From an uncultured Clostridia bacterium (GTDB taxonomy: Bacteria; Bacillota_I; Bacilli_A; RF39; UBA660): DNA of 64,000 nt. The position numbers were made by a program, and so were the translations under genes. The notes under the pieces were generated by a model. That model made no database searches. It saw only the letters and a list, made by a program, of their open reading frames with translations, and was not told the origin of the DNA. Numbering within the stretch: position 1 is the first letter of the stretch; the number at the start of each line of letters is the position of its first letter. Positions 1-10,685 of the stretch are shown one piece after another. The stretch lies in assembly GCA_948433435.1 (NCBI GenBank), contig CAOJDX010000002.1, forward strand, positions 25,432-89,431, given 5' to 3'.

Positions 1-1662
1 ATTATTTATCGTATTTTTATCCTCTTTTGTTAAATGTAATTTGTAACATTTAGCAAAAAGAAAATATATACTTTTTAAATAGTCTGGATTGATATAATCA
101 GAGTCCTTATTTTCTAACATTTTTTGATAATTCTTTATATATTTGTCTACAATATAAATCATAATATGCTCATTAGTATTTGTTTTTTCATTTCTATATC
201 TAGCATTTACTATTTTTGGCATCTTTTCGACAATTCGTTTGAGATATTGAAAATAATCTTCTGTTTCTAAAAAATAATCTACTAAATTAAATAAATAATC
301 ATTTTGTTTAATATTTTTATTTTGTTTATAACTTCTTATAACAGAATCAAATAAAGTTTGAATCTCTTTCAATATTTTGCGAATTTCTATTTCTTCTTTT
401 GGAGTATTCGACAAACGAAATTTTAAAGCATCTTGAATGTAGTAAATACCATTAATCGCTTTCTCATCTTCGTTTTCATACATAATTTCATTTGTAATTT
501 TTCTGCTGTAAGATAATATTTCATTAGAAATAACACTATGTTTTATACAATGAGCAAGTGCATATAAAATGTCATTATTCTCATAACCAAAAGGTTCTTT
601 TCCTTCTAGAATAAGTCTTTTAATTAACTCTTGGGTATCATCTATTGTGATTTCATCAGCAAATTCAACATTCGCTTTTCTTTTTTTATTTTTTTGTTCC
701 TTCTGAGATAAATTGCAATAATAGCGATATTTGCCTATTAAGTATTTCATATTAGTTTCAGTCTCTTTAAGTTCTAGAGAAATTTGTTGTTCAATTTGCT
801 CCTTAGTATAATTTTGACTTAAACGACTAACAATTTCTTCTCTTTTTCCCAAAAGATTTTGATATTTTTGTCTTTCTAATTCAAGATGTGAATAATAAAT
901 ATTTATTATACTAGACAAAGTGGCCACTTTGTCTTCAGCATTTATTAAATGCTGAAGATGTTGCTTTAATTCATTTTGAACATCAATAGGAAAATGATAA
1001 CTAACTGTATTTTTTTTATCTTCTTTTATCTTTTCCTTATATCCAATTAATTCTTTTATGACTTGTTTGTACTTGTTTATATTGATTTGAATTTCAGTTA
1101 GTGAATCGTATTGTTTCTTATTTCTTAGTTGAATTTTTTGATGAATTAATTGTTGAGAATAAGAGTTTAAGTAGCTTAATATTTCATTAATATCATCCAA
1201 TTTAATCTGTCTATCTTTGATGAAGTTTGGAATATTATCTTCGTCTTTTAGTATACTAGCTAATTCAACTACCTCTTGAGAAAAATTTTTCTTTTTTTGA
1301 GGTTGTTTTTGTCTTCTGTTATCTTCTTTTTCTTTCTTAGAATAGGTAGCAGGGTAAATTACTTTTACCCCTTTATTTGTCTTTGGTTTTTCTTTAACTT
1401 CCTTGACATATTGCGACCTTAAGTAGGTAATAATATTCTTAGTTTTTCTGATTTGACTTCTTAATTGAATCAAATGATTTTCATCAGTTTCCTGCCTTTT
1501 GTCCAAATTTAACTGTTCTTTTTCTGTATTAAACAGCTTAATCAAATAATTAATTGCTTCATTTTTATGATCAGTTTGTAATATAAATGATGTAAAGTTC
1601 AACTGAAATTCCTCTACCGTGTCATGTTTTTCATATTCAAAAAATAAATCTAATTCTTCCAT
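1..1662 (-). CDS. Replication initiation/membrane-attachment protein, DnaB/DnaD-like (partial; runs off window start)
   Basis: The minus-strand ORF starts at ATG 1660-1662 and is open to position 1, so it is missing from the track. It is Lys/Glu-rich and sits immediately upstream of the dnaI-like gene, as in the B. subtilis dnaB-dnaI operon. Confidence 0.4.
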   Translation of the reverse strand, partial: MEELDLFFEYEKHDTVEEFQLNFTSFILQTDHKNEAINYLIKLFNTEKEQLNLDKRQETDENHLIQLRSQIRKTKNIITYLRSQYVKEVKEKPKTNKGVKVIYPATYSKKEKEDNRRQKQPQKKKNFSQEVVELASILKDEDNIPNFIKDRQIKLDDINEILSYLNSYSQQLIHQKIQLRNKKQYDSLTEIQININKYKQVIKELIGYKEKIKEDKKNTVSYHFPIDVQNELKQHLQHLINAEDKVATLSSIINIYYSHLELERQKYQNLLGKREEIVSRLSQNYTKEQIEQQISLELKETETNMKYLIGKYRYYCNLSQKEQKNKKRKANVEFADEITIDDTQELIKRLILEGKEPFGYENNDILYALAHCIKHSVISNEILSYSRKITNEIMYENEDEKAINGIYYIQDALKFRLSNTPKEEIEIRKILKEIQTLFDSVIRSYKQNKNIKQNDYLFNLVDYFLETEDYFQYLKRIVEKMPKIVNARYRNEKTNTNEHIMIYIVDKYIKNYQKMLENKDSDYINPDYLKSIYFLFAKCYKLHLTKEDKNTINN

Positions 1663-1687
1663 AATTTCCCCCATTGTAGTCTGCTGA

Positions 1688-2587
1688 CTAGTTTCTTCTA
1701 CTTTTGGTTATTAATTGCATTTCAACAGAAAGTTGCTTGATTCTTTCAATTACTCTTCTGGATTTTACCTTTTCTGTACCACTAAAGGTATTAGAAAGAT
1801 GTTCTTCTAATTCTTTTAAGTTAAAATTCGAGGTAAAAAAAGTTGGTAATTCTTCTTCCATTCTATATTGTAAAATTGGAGAAAGGATCTCGTCCCTATT
1901 CCAACTACTACAATTTTCTGCCCCTATATCATCTATTAACAAAATTGGACTCTTCTTAACATAATCAAATTTTTCTTGATAATCATCCTTAAAAGAAGCT
2001 TTTAAACTTCTTAAAAATTCTGGATAATAGATAATTGTACTCTTAATATTTTTTTTCGATAACTCATTGAATAAAGCAGCGATTAGATAAGTTTTCCCTG
2101 AACCAAAAGAACCGGTCAAAAAAATTCCTTTTCCCTTTTCCTCTTTTTTATAAGTATCAATAAATTCTTTAAAGTATTTAATAATCGGAACTCTAGCTTT
2201 ATCATCTTTATATAGATCTTCAAATGAGGCTCTTTTTATTTCACTAGCTATGTCAAAGTAAGTAATATTTTTTGTAGAAGACAAATATTTTTGATATTTA
2301 CTACAAGCAATATAAGTAAAAATTATTCTTTTATCGACCATTTCTGGTGTTAGGACATACCCTTTAACTTGATGAGAGCATTCATTAAGGGAAGAACAGG
2401 TCCGACAACTTTTTCGTTCTATCACACAATCCATTAAGGAAGATGTATACTTCATTAATAGTGATTCTTCTATTTTCAAACTACTAACATAGTTCATAAA
2501 GTCTTGATCACTACAAGCATCCATATAAGATTTTTTAAGATTATAGGAGTGATTATTTTGTACAAATTTATCTAATTTATCTACCAT
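1688..2587 (-). CDS. dnaI: Primosomal helicase loader DnaI
   Basis: It has an N-terminal Cys-rich Zn module (CRTCSSLNECSHQ) and an AAA+ Walker A motif GSFGSGKTYL in the DnaC/DnaI family. The likely start is the second ATG (MVDKLDK), which is preceded by GGTGGTG. Confidence 0.8.
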   Translation of the reverse strand: MVDKLDKFVQNNHSYNLKKSYMDACSDQDFMNYVSSLKIEESLLMKYTSSLMDCVIERKSCRTCSSLNECSHQVKGYVLTPEMVDKRIIFTYIACSKYQKYLSSTKNITYFDIASEIKRASFEDLYKDDKARVPIIKYFKEFIDTYKKEEKGKGIFLTGSFGSGKTYLIAALFNELSKKNIKSTIIYYPEFLRSLKASFKDDYQEKFDYVKKSPILLIDDIGAENCSSWNRDEILSPILQYRMEEELPTFFTSNFNLKELEEHLSNTFSGTEKVKSRRVIERIKQLSVEMQLITKSRRN

Positions 2588-2640
2588 AATCACCACCAAA
2601 CTTAATTATATTCTAACTAATTTCGACAAAATTGTAAATA

Positions 2641-4725
2641 TTAATGTGGAAATATCTTATTTAAAGTAAAATTTAACTCTACTGTTCCTTCTTTTTGGGT
2701 AGAATAGAAATCTATATGATGGTTTTTTAATCTTATTAAAGTTTCTTTACTAGGATGTTTAAATTTATTATCTCTACCCGCTGAAATTAAAGCGATATCA
2801 GGATTTACTCTTTTTAAGAATTCATTACTAGAACTTGTTTTACTACCATGATGACCAAGTTTTAAAATGTTTACTTTTGGTAATTCATATTCATTCAGTA
2901 AGTACCTTTCACTTTTAAAATTTGCATCTCCCATAAATAACATTTTATAATGATTATAAGTGATATAAAAAACTATGCTGCTACTATTTTCATCACCTAA
3001 ATCATGATTTAAAGACATTAATTTAAAATTTCCTATTTCAAAGTAATCACCTTTTCTGCAAACTCCTGCTTTAAGTGATTTTTTTAAAATTTTCTTTTCT
3101 AAATTATTCACCTTACCCTCATTAATAAAAACTTGATCCACTTGATAATTATCCAACAAATTTATTACCTCTCCTAGATGATCAAAATCTCCGTGAGTAA
3201 GAAAAACGTAATTAATCTTTCGAATCCCTTTGCTTTTTAAATAAGGAATTGTTGTATTTAAAACAATGGAATTTTCTCTTTTTTTACGCCAACCATTTTC
3301 ATTGTAATTGATCTTTCCCCCTGTATCAATTAACACAGTCTTACCTTTACTATGAATAATAAAAGAATCACCTTGGCCTACATCAAGCATAGTTATAAAA
3401 TCATAATCTACTATCATATAAATAAAGAAATGAATAGTTAAAAGAAGGAGAAATAAAAGGAGCGAAAATTTTTTCTTAGATTGGAGGAAAAGGAAAATTA
3501 ATATTATGTATATAAAGTAAAACCTATTATCTACTTTTCCAAAGATTAATTTTAAGAAATCAAAACCATTTAAAATAAGTGAGCTTTTTTCTAAAATGTA
3601 GATTAAAATATCATATAAAAAACTAAGAAAAGGACAAATTAAAATGATTAAGGATAAAGGAAATAATAGAAAAGTAACAAATGGAACATAAACTAAATTA
3701 TAAATAATACCTAATAAGTTTATTTGATAAAAGTGATAAATGGTAACAGGAATACTAATACAAAAACTTATTAGTGAGGTTAATAGTAAGCTTACAAAAT
3801 AAGTTTTATTTTGTAAAAGATCACTACTAATGATTAAGGCAAAACTGATTAAAAAAGAATATTGGAAACCCACATCATATATAAAGTAAGGATTTATTAA
3901 TAAAGTAACAGCTAAAGTTAAGAGAAAAATATTTTTAGAAGTGATATGCAAGTAATAAATACGATTAATAGACAATAAGAGAAAAAAGAAAACTGCCCTA
4001 ATAACTGATGGAGATAAACCTACTAAAAATAAATAACAAATAAGAAAAAGAGAAACAATAAAGTATCTTTTATTTTCTTTTACTTGCAAAAAGAGAAGTA
4101 TTTTTAAAACAATAGAGGTAAGAACCCCTATGTGCATTCCACTAATTGCAAAGAGATGACTTATGCCATTACTTCTAAAAGATTCTAATACTTCTTTGGG
4201 AAATTCATTTTTATCCCCTAGTAAAATAAGTTTTAAATATTTACCATTTTTGAATGTTTCAAAGTATTTATTTATTATATTTTTCCAAAAATAAATTATG
4301 TTCTTATTAGTACTTACCTTTTTTAAAGATTCTATGTTGATACAATAAAATAATCTTTTTCTTTGAGCATATTCTTGATAATTAAAAGTAGTTATTGTAG
4401 TATTTTTTAAAATATGAGTAAATTGACCTTCTACTTCAATTACCTCACCTAAATGAAAATAAGTTGAATAGGTTATTTTTTCTTTTTGATTATTAAAATA
4501 ATAACTAGCTATTACTTTTTCATTATTTTTATCTTTTAGGGTGAATTGGAGTAAATCTCCTTCTATTTTGATATTTGTAATGATTCCAGTAAAATTTCTT
4601 GAATGAGAATGATAACTACTTGAAAAACAAGGTCTATTTAATCGGAAAATAGTAAGTAATATTACTACTATCAGTAAGATATAATAAGGATAATTATAAA
4701 GTAATATAGTCCTTAATTTTAGCAA
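2641..4725 (-). CDS. comEC: DNA internalization competence protein ComEC/Rec2
   Basis: It has a polytopic membrane core and a C-terminal metallo-beta-lactamase domain (HGDFDHLG, LGHHGS). Confidence 0.85.
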   Translation of the reverse strand: MLKLRTILLYNYPYYILLIVVILLTIFRLNRPCFSSSYHSHSRNFTGIITNIKIEGDLLQFTLKDKNNEKVIASYYFNNQKEKITYSTYFHLGEVIEVEGQFTHILKNTTITTFNYQEYAQRKRLFYCINIESLKKVSTNKNIIYFWKNIINKYFETFKNGKYLKLILLGDKNEFPKEVLESFRSNGISHLFAISGMHIGVLTSIVLKILLFLQVKENKRYFIVSLFLICYLFLVGLSPSVIRAVFFFLLLSINRIYYLHITSKNIFLLTLAVTLLINPYFIYDVGFQYSFLISFALIISSDLLQNKTYFVSLLLTSLISFCISIPVTIYHFYQINLLGIIYNLVYVPFVTFLLFPLSLIILICPFLSFLYDILIYILEKSSLILNGFDFLKLIFGKVDNRFYFIYIILIFLFLQSKKKFSLLLFLLLLTIHFFIYMIVDYDFITMLDVGQGDSFIIHSKGKTVLIDTGGKINYNENGWRKKRENSIVLNTTIPYLKSKGIRKINYVFLTHGDFDHLGEVINLLDNYQVDQVFINEGKVNNLEKKILKKSLKAGVCRKGDYFEIGNFKLMSLNHDLGDENSSSIVFYITYNHYKMLFMGDANFKSERYLLNEYELPKVNILKLGHHGSKTSSSNEFLKRVNPDIALISAGRDNKFKHPSKETLIRLKNHHIDFYSTQKEGTVELNFTLNKIFPH

Positions 4726-5398
4726 AGATGGACTCTCCTATCCCTGTAACATTTTTTAATTCTTCAATGTTTTGGAACTTTCCATGTTCTTCTCGGTAGC
4801 TAATAATGTTTTTGGCTTTTTCGGAGCCAATACCTGCTAATGTTTGTAGCTCTTCTAATGATGCTTCATTAATGGATACTAAATTGCTAAGATTATGATC
4901 TGTAGAGTCTAGTTGCTCATTATTTATACAAGCATTATTGGTAATACCTTCATAGCTATTTTGACAATTTGTTATAATTTGCTGTTCTTTTTCTTTTGTT
5001 TTACTAAAATTACTTACCTGTTCTCTACTATAAATAATGATCACCATTTCATCTGTAATCTTTTTACTAAGATTAATCACAGAGGTATCACCATTTTCAG
5101 TTAAACCTCCTGCAAGTGCTATTACATCACTTACTCTACTTCCCTCCTTTAATGAGTATAACCCTGGGTTTATAATTTCTCCTTTTATATCTACCTTATA
5201 ATCACTTTTCGTATTTTCTTCCTTACTTACCTTTTTTACGCTAGTTGTTTTTTTACTAGAAAGCAGTACTTTATTTTTTTGAGATGGAACTTTTTTCTTT
5301 TTATTTAGCTGATAAATAGAAAAACCTCCTGTCGAAAAGGTTAAAATTAAAAATAGAACTATGGCAATTTGTTTTCGATACCGATAAGTAATAGACAT
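4694..5398 (-). CDS. comEA: Competence protein ComEA (HhH DNA-binding)
   Basis: It has an N-terminal transmembrane segment and a C-terminal helix-hairpin-helix region (ASLEELQTLAGIGSEKAKNII...LKNVTGIGESIFAKIKDYI). It overlaps comEC. Confidence 0.75.
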   Translation of the reverse strand: MSITYRYRKQIAIVLFLILTFSTGGFSIYQLNKKKKVPSQKNKVLLSSKKTTSVKKVSKEENTKSDYKVDIKGEIINPGLYSLKEGSRVSDVIALAGGLTENGDTSVINLSKKITDEMVIIIYSREQVSNFSKTKEKEQQIITNCQNSYEGITNNACINNEQLDSTDHNLSNLVSINEASLEELQTLAGIGSEKAKNIISYREEHGKFQNIEELKNVTGIGESIFAKIKDYITL

Positions 5399-5462
5399 GT
5401 AATCACCTCCACTACTATGATTCGAGTCAACTAAAAAAAATCTAGAAAATTTCTAAATTTTT

Positions 5463-6608
5463 TTATTTTTTCTTGTTTACTATTTGAGATCTAATTCCTG
5501 TTTCCACACTAACTCTTTGAACGATTGTTAAGGCAGCAACTAAACAAATAGTGAAACTTCCACCATAGCTCATAAAAGGAAGTGGAACTCCTGTCATTGG
5601 CATCAATCCCATAATTCCTAGTAAATTAACAGCTATATGCAAAAATATATATGTACAAACTCCGTAACATATGGCACATCCTCTATTAGTAGGGCTTTTT
5701 CTTCCTATTAGTAAAACTCTATATAATATATAAATATAGACCAAAATAATTGCTATTCCAAAAACACATCCTAATTCTTCTATCATAACAGCAAAGATAA
5801 AATCAGTATAGGGTTCTGGCAAATACAAATATTTTTGGGTACTATTACCAAGGCCTTTTCCCCATAACCCTCCATTATTAATCGCTATATATCCATTACA
5901 AACTTGGTTTCCATCTTTTAACAAACGATCACATGGTCTTGTAAAATTAAATCTGGCTAATTGTCGCTCTAGAATTAGACTTTTTCCTGTTCCTAAAACA
6001 ACAACTCCCATCAGTAAAACCCCTCCCAATATTAAAATAATTAATTTTAACTTAATCATTTTAGGAATAGGTTGTGCGAAGAAGAGAACGGCAACAATTG
6101 CAGAATAAATAATGGTCGTTCCCAAATCAGGCTGCGCAAAAACTAATAATGCTATCAAACCGCAGACAAAAACGGGAAATAAGGAATACCAATAGGAATC
6201 TAATTTATCTCTTTTATCTTCATAGTAATTAGCCATCCAAACAATGGAAATCACTTTGGCAAATTCACTCGGTTGAATCGTAAAGGGACCTATAGCAAAC
6301 CAACTAATGGCATTATTTTTGGCTCTTCCTACAATTAGTAAGGCAAATAAGCTAGAAATCACAGCAATCATCAGGACGTTGGAGACTATGCCGTAAAATT
6401 TAGTATTAAACTGTATCAGAATAAAAAAAAGAATAAGTCCTGTTATTAGAAAGATACCTTGTTTAATAAAGTAATTATAAGGACTGGCAGCATAACGCAT
6501 ATAAGCTGTAACATTAGAGGAAGAAAAAACCATAATAAGTCCGATAATAAAAAGAATAATACTAAGAATTAATAATGACTTATCTATGTGTTTCCATACT
6601 TTTCCCAT
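5463..6608 (-). CDS. SEDS family peptidoglycan glycosyltransferase (FtsW/RodA)
   Basis: It has about 10 transmembrane helices and conserved FtsW/RodA/SpoVE blocks (e.g. GLMPMTGVPLPFMSYGGS). Confidence 0.8.
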   Translation of the reverse strand: MGKVWKHIDKSLLILSIILFIIGLIMVFSSSNVTAYMRYAASPYNYFIKQGIFLITGLILFFILIQFNTKFYGIVSNVLMIAVISSLFALLIVGRAKNNAISWFAIGPFTIQPSEFAKVISIVWMANYYEDKRDKLDSYWYSLFPVFVCGLIALLVFAQPDLGTTIIYSAIVAVLFFAQPIPKMIKLKLIILILGGVLLMGVVVLGTGKSLILERQLARFNFTRPCDRLLKDGNQVCNGYIAINNGGLWGKGLGNSTQKYLYLPEPYTDFIFAVMIEELGCVFGIAIILVYIYILYRVLLIGRKSPTNRGCAICYGVCTYIFLHIAVNLLGIMGLMPMTGVPLPFMSYGGSFTICLVAALTIVQRVSVETGIRSQIVNKKK

Positions 6609-6741
6609 ACATCTATGCCCTCCATATCATATTGATAATAACATAGTTTTTTCTATTTGAGTATGTTAAATTTCTAATTTACACTCACAATTTTCTATTA
6701 TTTGAATATCCTATAATAGAACAGGAAAAGGAGGAAATGTT

Positions 6742-6915
6742 ATGTATTATTATGGCAGTGGCAGTTGTGGTTGTTCAGGAATGAATAATCAAACTCCTTA
6801 TTACTATCCTATGTACAATTGTGGAAGCAATAACAATAATAGTTCTACTTATGCAATTATATTAGTATTATTTATCTTATTAGTAATCGTAATTGGTACA
6901 AGATGGGCAGCATAA
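6742..6915 (+). CDS. YjcZ-like small sporulation protein
   Basis: It encodes the 57-aa product MYYYGSGSCGCSG...AIILVLFILLVIVIGTRWAA, with a Gly/Cys/Tyr-rich N-terminus and a hydrophobic C-terminus. AAAGGAGG lies upstream. A competing 15-aa frame starts 5 nt upstream. Confidence 0.45.
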   Translation: MYYYGSGSCGCSGMNNQTPYYYPMYNCGSNNNNSSTYAIILVLFILLVIVIGTRWAA

Positions 6916-6917
6916 GA

Positions 6918-6942
6918 GCTTAATGCTCTTTTTTAATTGATT
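6918..6942 (+). terminator. Rho-independent terminator
   Basis: The hairpin agagc-ttaat-gctct is followed by a T-run. Confidence 0.5.
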
Positions 6943-7042
6943 AAAATCCCTCATTTTTCGATTTTTCATACTGTAATAGTCGACTTTTATTTACAAAAAA
7001 ATACTTCCTATGTTACAATACAAATGTTTAAGGAGTGATTCC

Positions 7043-7591
7043 ATGTTAAAGACAAAGGATATTTTAGACGAGAAAGATAAAAGATTACACCAAATATCTA
7101 AAGAAGTAGTTTTTCCCTTATCTGATGAGGATAAGAAGATAATCAATGATGCTATTGAATATTTAACGAATAGCCAAATTGATGAATTAGCTGAAAAATA
7201 TGACCTACGTCCAGGAATGGGAATGGCTGCTGTCCAACTTGGTGTTTTAAAGCGATATTTCGTAGTAGTTCATGAATATGAGCCTGGTAAATTTAATAAT
7301 TATGTTTTAATCAATCCCAAAATAGTCAGTAATTCTTTAGAAAAGATTTATGTTGATATGGGAGAAGGATGTTTAAGTGTTAATCGCGAAATTGAGGGTA
7401 TTGTTCCAAGATATGCTAGGGTAACATTGGAGGCATATGATATAAATGGAAATAAAATCACAGTCAGAGGTCGTGAAGAATTAGCAATTGCTTTCCAACA
7501 CGAAATGGATCATTTAGATGGAATTATTTTCACCGATAAAATTGACAAAAAAAATCCATACAAAGATATGGATAATATGAGAGCAATATAA
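7043..7591 (+). CDS. def: Peptide deformylase
   Basis: It has the GxGxAAxQ, EGCLS and HEMDHLDG metal-binding motifs. The start was chosen at ATG 7043, after AAGGAG. Confidence 0.9.
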   Translation: MLKTKDILDEKDKRLHQISKEVVFPLSDEDKKIINDAIEYLTNSQIDELAEKYDLRPGMGMAAVQLGVLKRYFVVVHEYEPGKFNNYVLINPKIVSNSLEKIYVDMGEGCLSVNREIEGIVPRYARVTLEAYDINGNKITVRGREELAIAFQHEMDHLDGIIFTDKIDKKNPYKDMDNMRAI

Positions 7592-7605
7592 GCTCTTTTT
7601 CTTTT

Positions 7606-10563
7606 TTATAAAACATCAACATGTTCATTTAATTGAACACTTACTAATTTAGAAACTCCTGATTCTTGCATTGTTATTCCATATAAGGTGTCTGCATATT
7701 CCATTGTCTTTTTTTTATGAGTAATAATTAAAAATTGAGTTTTATTTTTATAATGTGCTAAATACTTGCCAAAGGTTTCTACATTGGCTTCATCTAAAGC
7801 AGCTTCTACTTCGTCAAACAAGCAAAATGGTACATGTCTTATATTTAGAATTGCAAATAAGAGACTAATTGCAGTTAAGGTTTTTTCTCCACCTGAAAGA
7901 AGACTAATGGAAGACAATTTTTTTCCTGGGGGAGAGGCAATAATATCAATTCCTGTTGTTAAAATATGCTCAGGATCTGAAAGCATCAGTTTAGCATCCC
8001 CTCCTCCAAATAATTCTTTAAATACTTCAGAAAATTCTTTATTAACTGAAGTAAATGTTCGCATAAATTCTTGTTGGATAACATCGTCCATTTCATTCAT
8101 AATATCAAGAAGAGAATTCTCGGCAATTAATAGATCGTCTTTTTGACTACATAAAAATTCATATCTAGTATTTACACGTTCAAATTCTTCAATAGCATCT
8201 ATATTAACCATTCCTAATCTTTTTATGTTTGCCTTATAGGAATTTACTTTAGACCGAGCACTTTCACTATCAATATCTAGAGAATAATTTTCTCGAGCTT
8301 TTTCAAAAGTAAGAGCATATTCTTCATTTAAGGTTAATAGCATGGAATCTAATCTAACATCTAAACGATTAACTTTTACTTCTAACTCATTTTTTTCTTT
8401 TTCTAAAGTTCTAATTTCATTATTTTTTAATTTATATAGTGCTTCCTGCTCATCTATTTTCTTTTTTAATTCTTCTATTTGCTTAGTTAATATTTGAATA
8501 TCACTAATAGTTTTTTCTTTTAGATTGCTTTTTTCATAATATTGGTCTAATAAACTTTTTTCGCGATCAATAAAAGTATCATTAACAACCTCTTTCAAAG
8601 AGTTTAATTCTCTTTCAATATTTTCCAATTGAGTTTTTTCGTTATGAGTATCACTTTGTTTACCTGCCAATAATTCTTTTAACTTCGTTTGTTCTAAAGA
8701 AATGTTAAAGTATTCCTCCTCTACTTTATCAATTTCTTGATTTACCTTAGCAATTTCTTCTTGAATATTTCCTTTTTCGACTTCTTTATTAAAGATATTT
8801 TCTTTTAAAAAGTTAAGTTCTTGTTTTATGGTCATATTAGATTTACTATGACTTTTGCTATCTCCTCCAGTCATAGAACCACCAACATTAACGACATCCC
8901 CTTCTAAAGTTACAATTTTGTATCGTCTATTTATTTTCTTACTTAGTCTAGTAGCACTATCAATATCAGGGCTAACTAAAGTTAACCCTAATTGATTTTC
9001 TATAATATTTTTATAGATTTTCTCACAATGAACAATGTCGCTAAGAACACAGATAAAGTCTTCATCCTCTTGAATATTTATTAATAGCTGTTGATCCACT
9101 TTTCTAGCTTCTATAATATTTAAAGGAAAGAAGGTTGCTCTCCCTAGCCTTTCTTCTTTTAAATATTGAATGGCTTTTTTACTATCTGCTTCAGAATCAG
9201 TGATGATAAAATTGCGACAACTATTGAGACTAACTTCTAATGCTTTGGTAAATTTTTCATCAACTTCAACGATATTTCCTATAATATTGTGAATACCAGT
9301 TAATTTTTTTTCATTTAGAATTTTTTTAATTACATTAGGAAGATAAGATAGTCCCTCTAGTTCATGAGTCATAACAGTAGCTTTATTTTTTAAGCTGATA
9401 ATTTCTTGATCTATCTTAGAAAAATCAACTTGTAATAAATTTCTTTTTTGTTTTAAAGTATTTTTAGTAGAATTAATCTGATTCAATTCTTCTTCTTTTT
9501 GTTTTAAAGACTGATAAAGATCTTCTAACTTTTTTTCTAAACTACCAATACTTGCTTTTATTTTTGCCTGTTCTTCTAAAAGTCTTTTTAATTCGATTTT
9601 TTTTTCATCTTGACTAGAAGTATTTTTAGTCTTTTCTTTTAATAAAAGACGTTCACTATTCAATTTTTCTACTTCTTCTGTTATTTCTAATAATCGTTTA
9701 TTTTGAATATTCAACGTATTTTGTAAATGATCCAATTGATGATTATCTTCTAATATTTTCACATCACTATTACTAGAAGTATTACTAACTTCTAAGATTT
9801 TTTGTTCCAATCGTTCTTTTTTTTCTAGGAGAATTTTTTTCTCTTCTGAATCATTATAAATATCATAAGAAAGGAGTGCTATTTCTAGTTTTTCTAATTG
9901 TTCTTTATTTTCTAAATACTCTTTAGCTTTAATACTTTGTATTCGTAAAGGTTCAACTTGAAGTTCTAACTCGCCAATAATATCATTAATACGTGACAAA
10001 TTATCATGTGTTTTATCCAACTTTTTTAAAGCTTCTTCTTTTCTTTTTTTATATTTTAAAACTTCAGCTGCTTCTTCTATAATAAGACGTCTATCTTGAG
10101 AGGAATTAGAAAGAATCTTATCTACTTCTCCTTGACTAATAATGTTGAACGATTCTTTTCCTATTCCAGTATCTAATAATAAATTAATGATATCTTTTAA
10201 ACGACATTTCTGATGATTTATAAAATATTCATTTTCTCCACTTCTATAAGCCTTTCTTTTGATTGATACATCATTATATTCAAAATTCAGATAATGATCA
10301 CTATTATCAAAGACAAGTTCTACACTAGCAACATTCAAAGAATTTCTTGATTTACTTCCTGAAAAAATAACATCACTCATGGCCCCATCACCGCGAAGCG
10401 ATTTAACTGATTGTTCTCCAAGAACCCATCTAACAGCATCAACTACATTACTTTTCCCACTTCCATTTGGTCCGACAATACAAGTAATTTTATTATCTAA
10501 TTGAATATCCATTTTATCGGCAAAGCTCTTAAATCCTGTCGCTACTATTTGTTTCAAATACAT
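7606..10563 (-). CDS. smc: Chromosome segregation protein SMC (short form)
   Basis: It has an N-terminal FKSFADK...GPNGSGKSN Walker A, a hinge, and C-terminal LSGGEKTLTAISLLFAI...DEVEAALD signature and Walker B motifs. The start was chosen at MYLKQ, after AAGGATGA. Confidence 0.85.
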   Translation of the reverse strand: MYLKQIVATGFKSFADKMDIQLDNKITCIVGPNGSGKSNVVDAVRWVLGEQSVKSLRGDGAMSDVIFSGSKSRNSLNVASVELVFDNSDHYLNFEYNDVSIKRKAYRSGENEYFINHQKCRLKDIINLLLDTGIGKESFNIISQGEVDKILSNSSQDRRLIIEEAAEVLKYKKRKEEALKKLDKTHDNLSRINDIIGELELQVEPLRIQSIKAKEYLENKEQLEKLEIALLSYDIYNDSEEKKILLEKKERLEQKILEVSNTSSNSDVKILEDNHQLDHLQNTLNIQNKRLLEITEEVEKLNSERLLLKEKTKNTSSQDEKKIELKRLLEEQAKIKASIGSLEKKLEDLYQSLKQKEEELNQINSTKNTLKQKRNLLQVDFSKIDQEIISLKNKATVMTHELEGLSYLPNVIKKILNEKKLTGIHNIIGNIVEVDEKFTKALEVSLNSCRNFIITDSEADSKKAIQYLKEERLGRATFFPLNIIEARKVDQQLLINIQEDEDFICVLSDIVHCEKIYKNIIENQLGLTLVSPDIDSATRLSKKINRRYKIVTLEGDVVNVGGSMTGGDSKSHSKSNMTIKQELNFLKENIFNKEVEKGNIQEEIAKVNQEIDKVEEEYFNISLEQTKLKELLAGKQSDTHNEKTQLENIERELNSLKEVVNDTFIDREKSLLDQYYEKSNLKEKTISDIQILTKQIEELKKKIDEQEALYKLKNNEIRTLEKEKNELEVKVNRLDVRLDSMLLTLNEEYALTFEKARENYSLDIDSESARSKVNSYKANIKRLGMVNIDAIEEFERVNTRYEFLCSQKDDLLIAENSLLDIMNEMDDVIQQEFMRTFTSVNKEFSEVFKELFGGGDAKLMLSDPEHILTTGIDIIASPPGKKLSSISLLSGGEKTLTAISLLFAILNIRHVPFCLFDEVEAALDEANVETFGKYLAHYKNKTQFLIITHKKKTMEYADTLYGITMQESGVSKLVSVQLNEHVDVL

Positions 10564-10685
10564 ATCTATCATCCTTACTAACATTGTTAGTATACCATAT
10601 AATCATATAAATTAGAATAGATAAAAATGATCATAGAAGCAAAAAACTGATTATTTTTCTAATCAGTCTCTGTGATAATAAACAC

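Noticed and set aside
7766-8146. 126-aa plus-strand ORF inside smc
   Set aside because: It is an antisense ORF within a well-supported gene and has no RBS.
7606-10584. Alternative identity SbcC or RecN for the 992-aa ABC-type coiled-coil ATPase
   Set aside because: The N-terminal FKSFADK…GPNGSGKSN…WVLGEQS block and the hinge GIHNIIGNIVEV are SMC-specific. No sbcD is adjacent.
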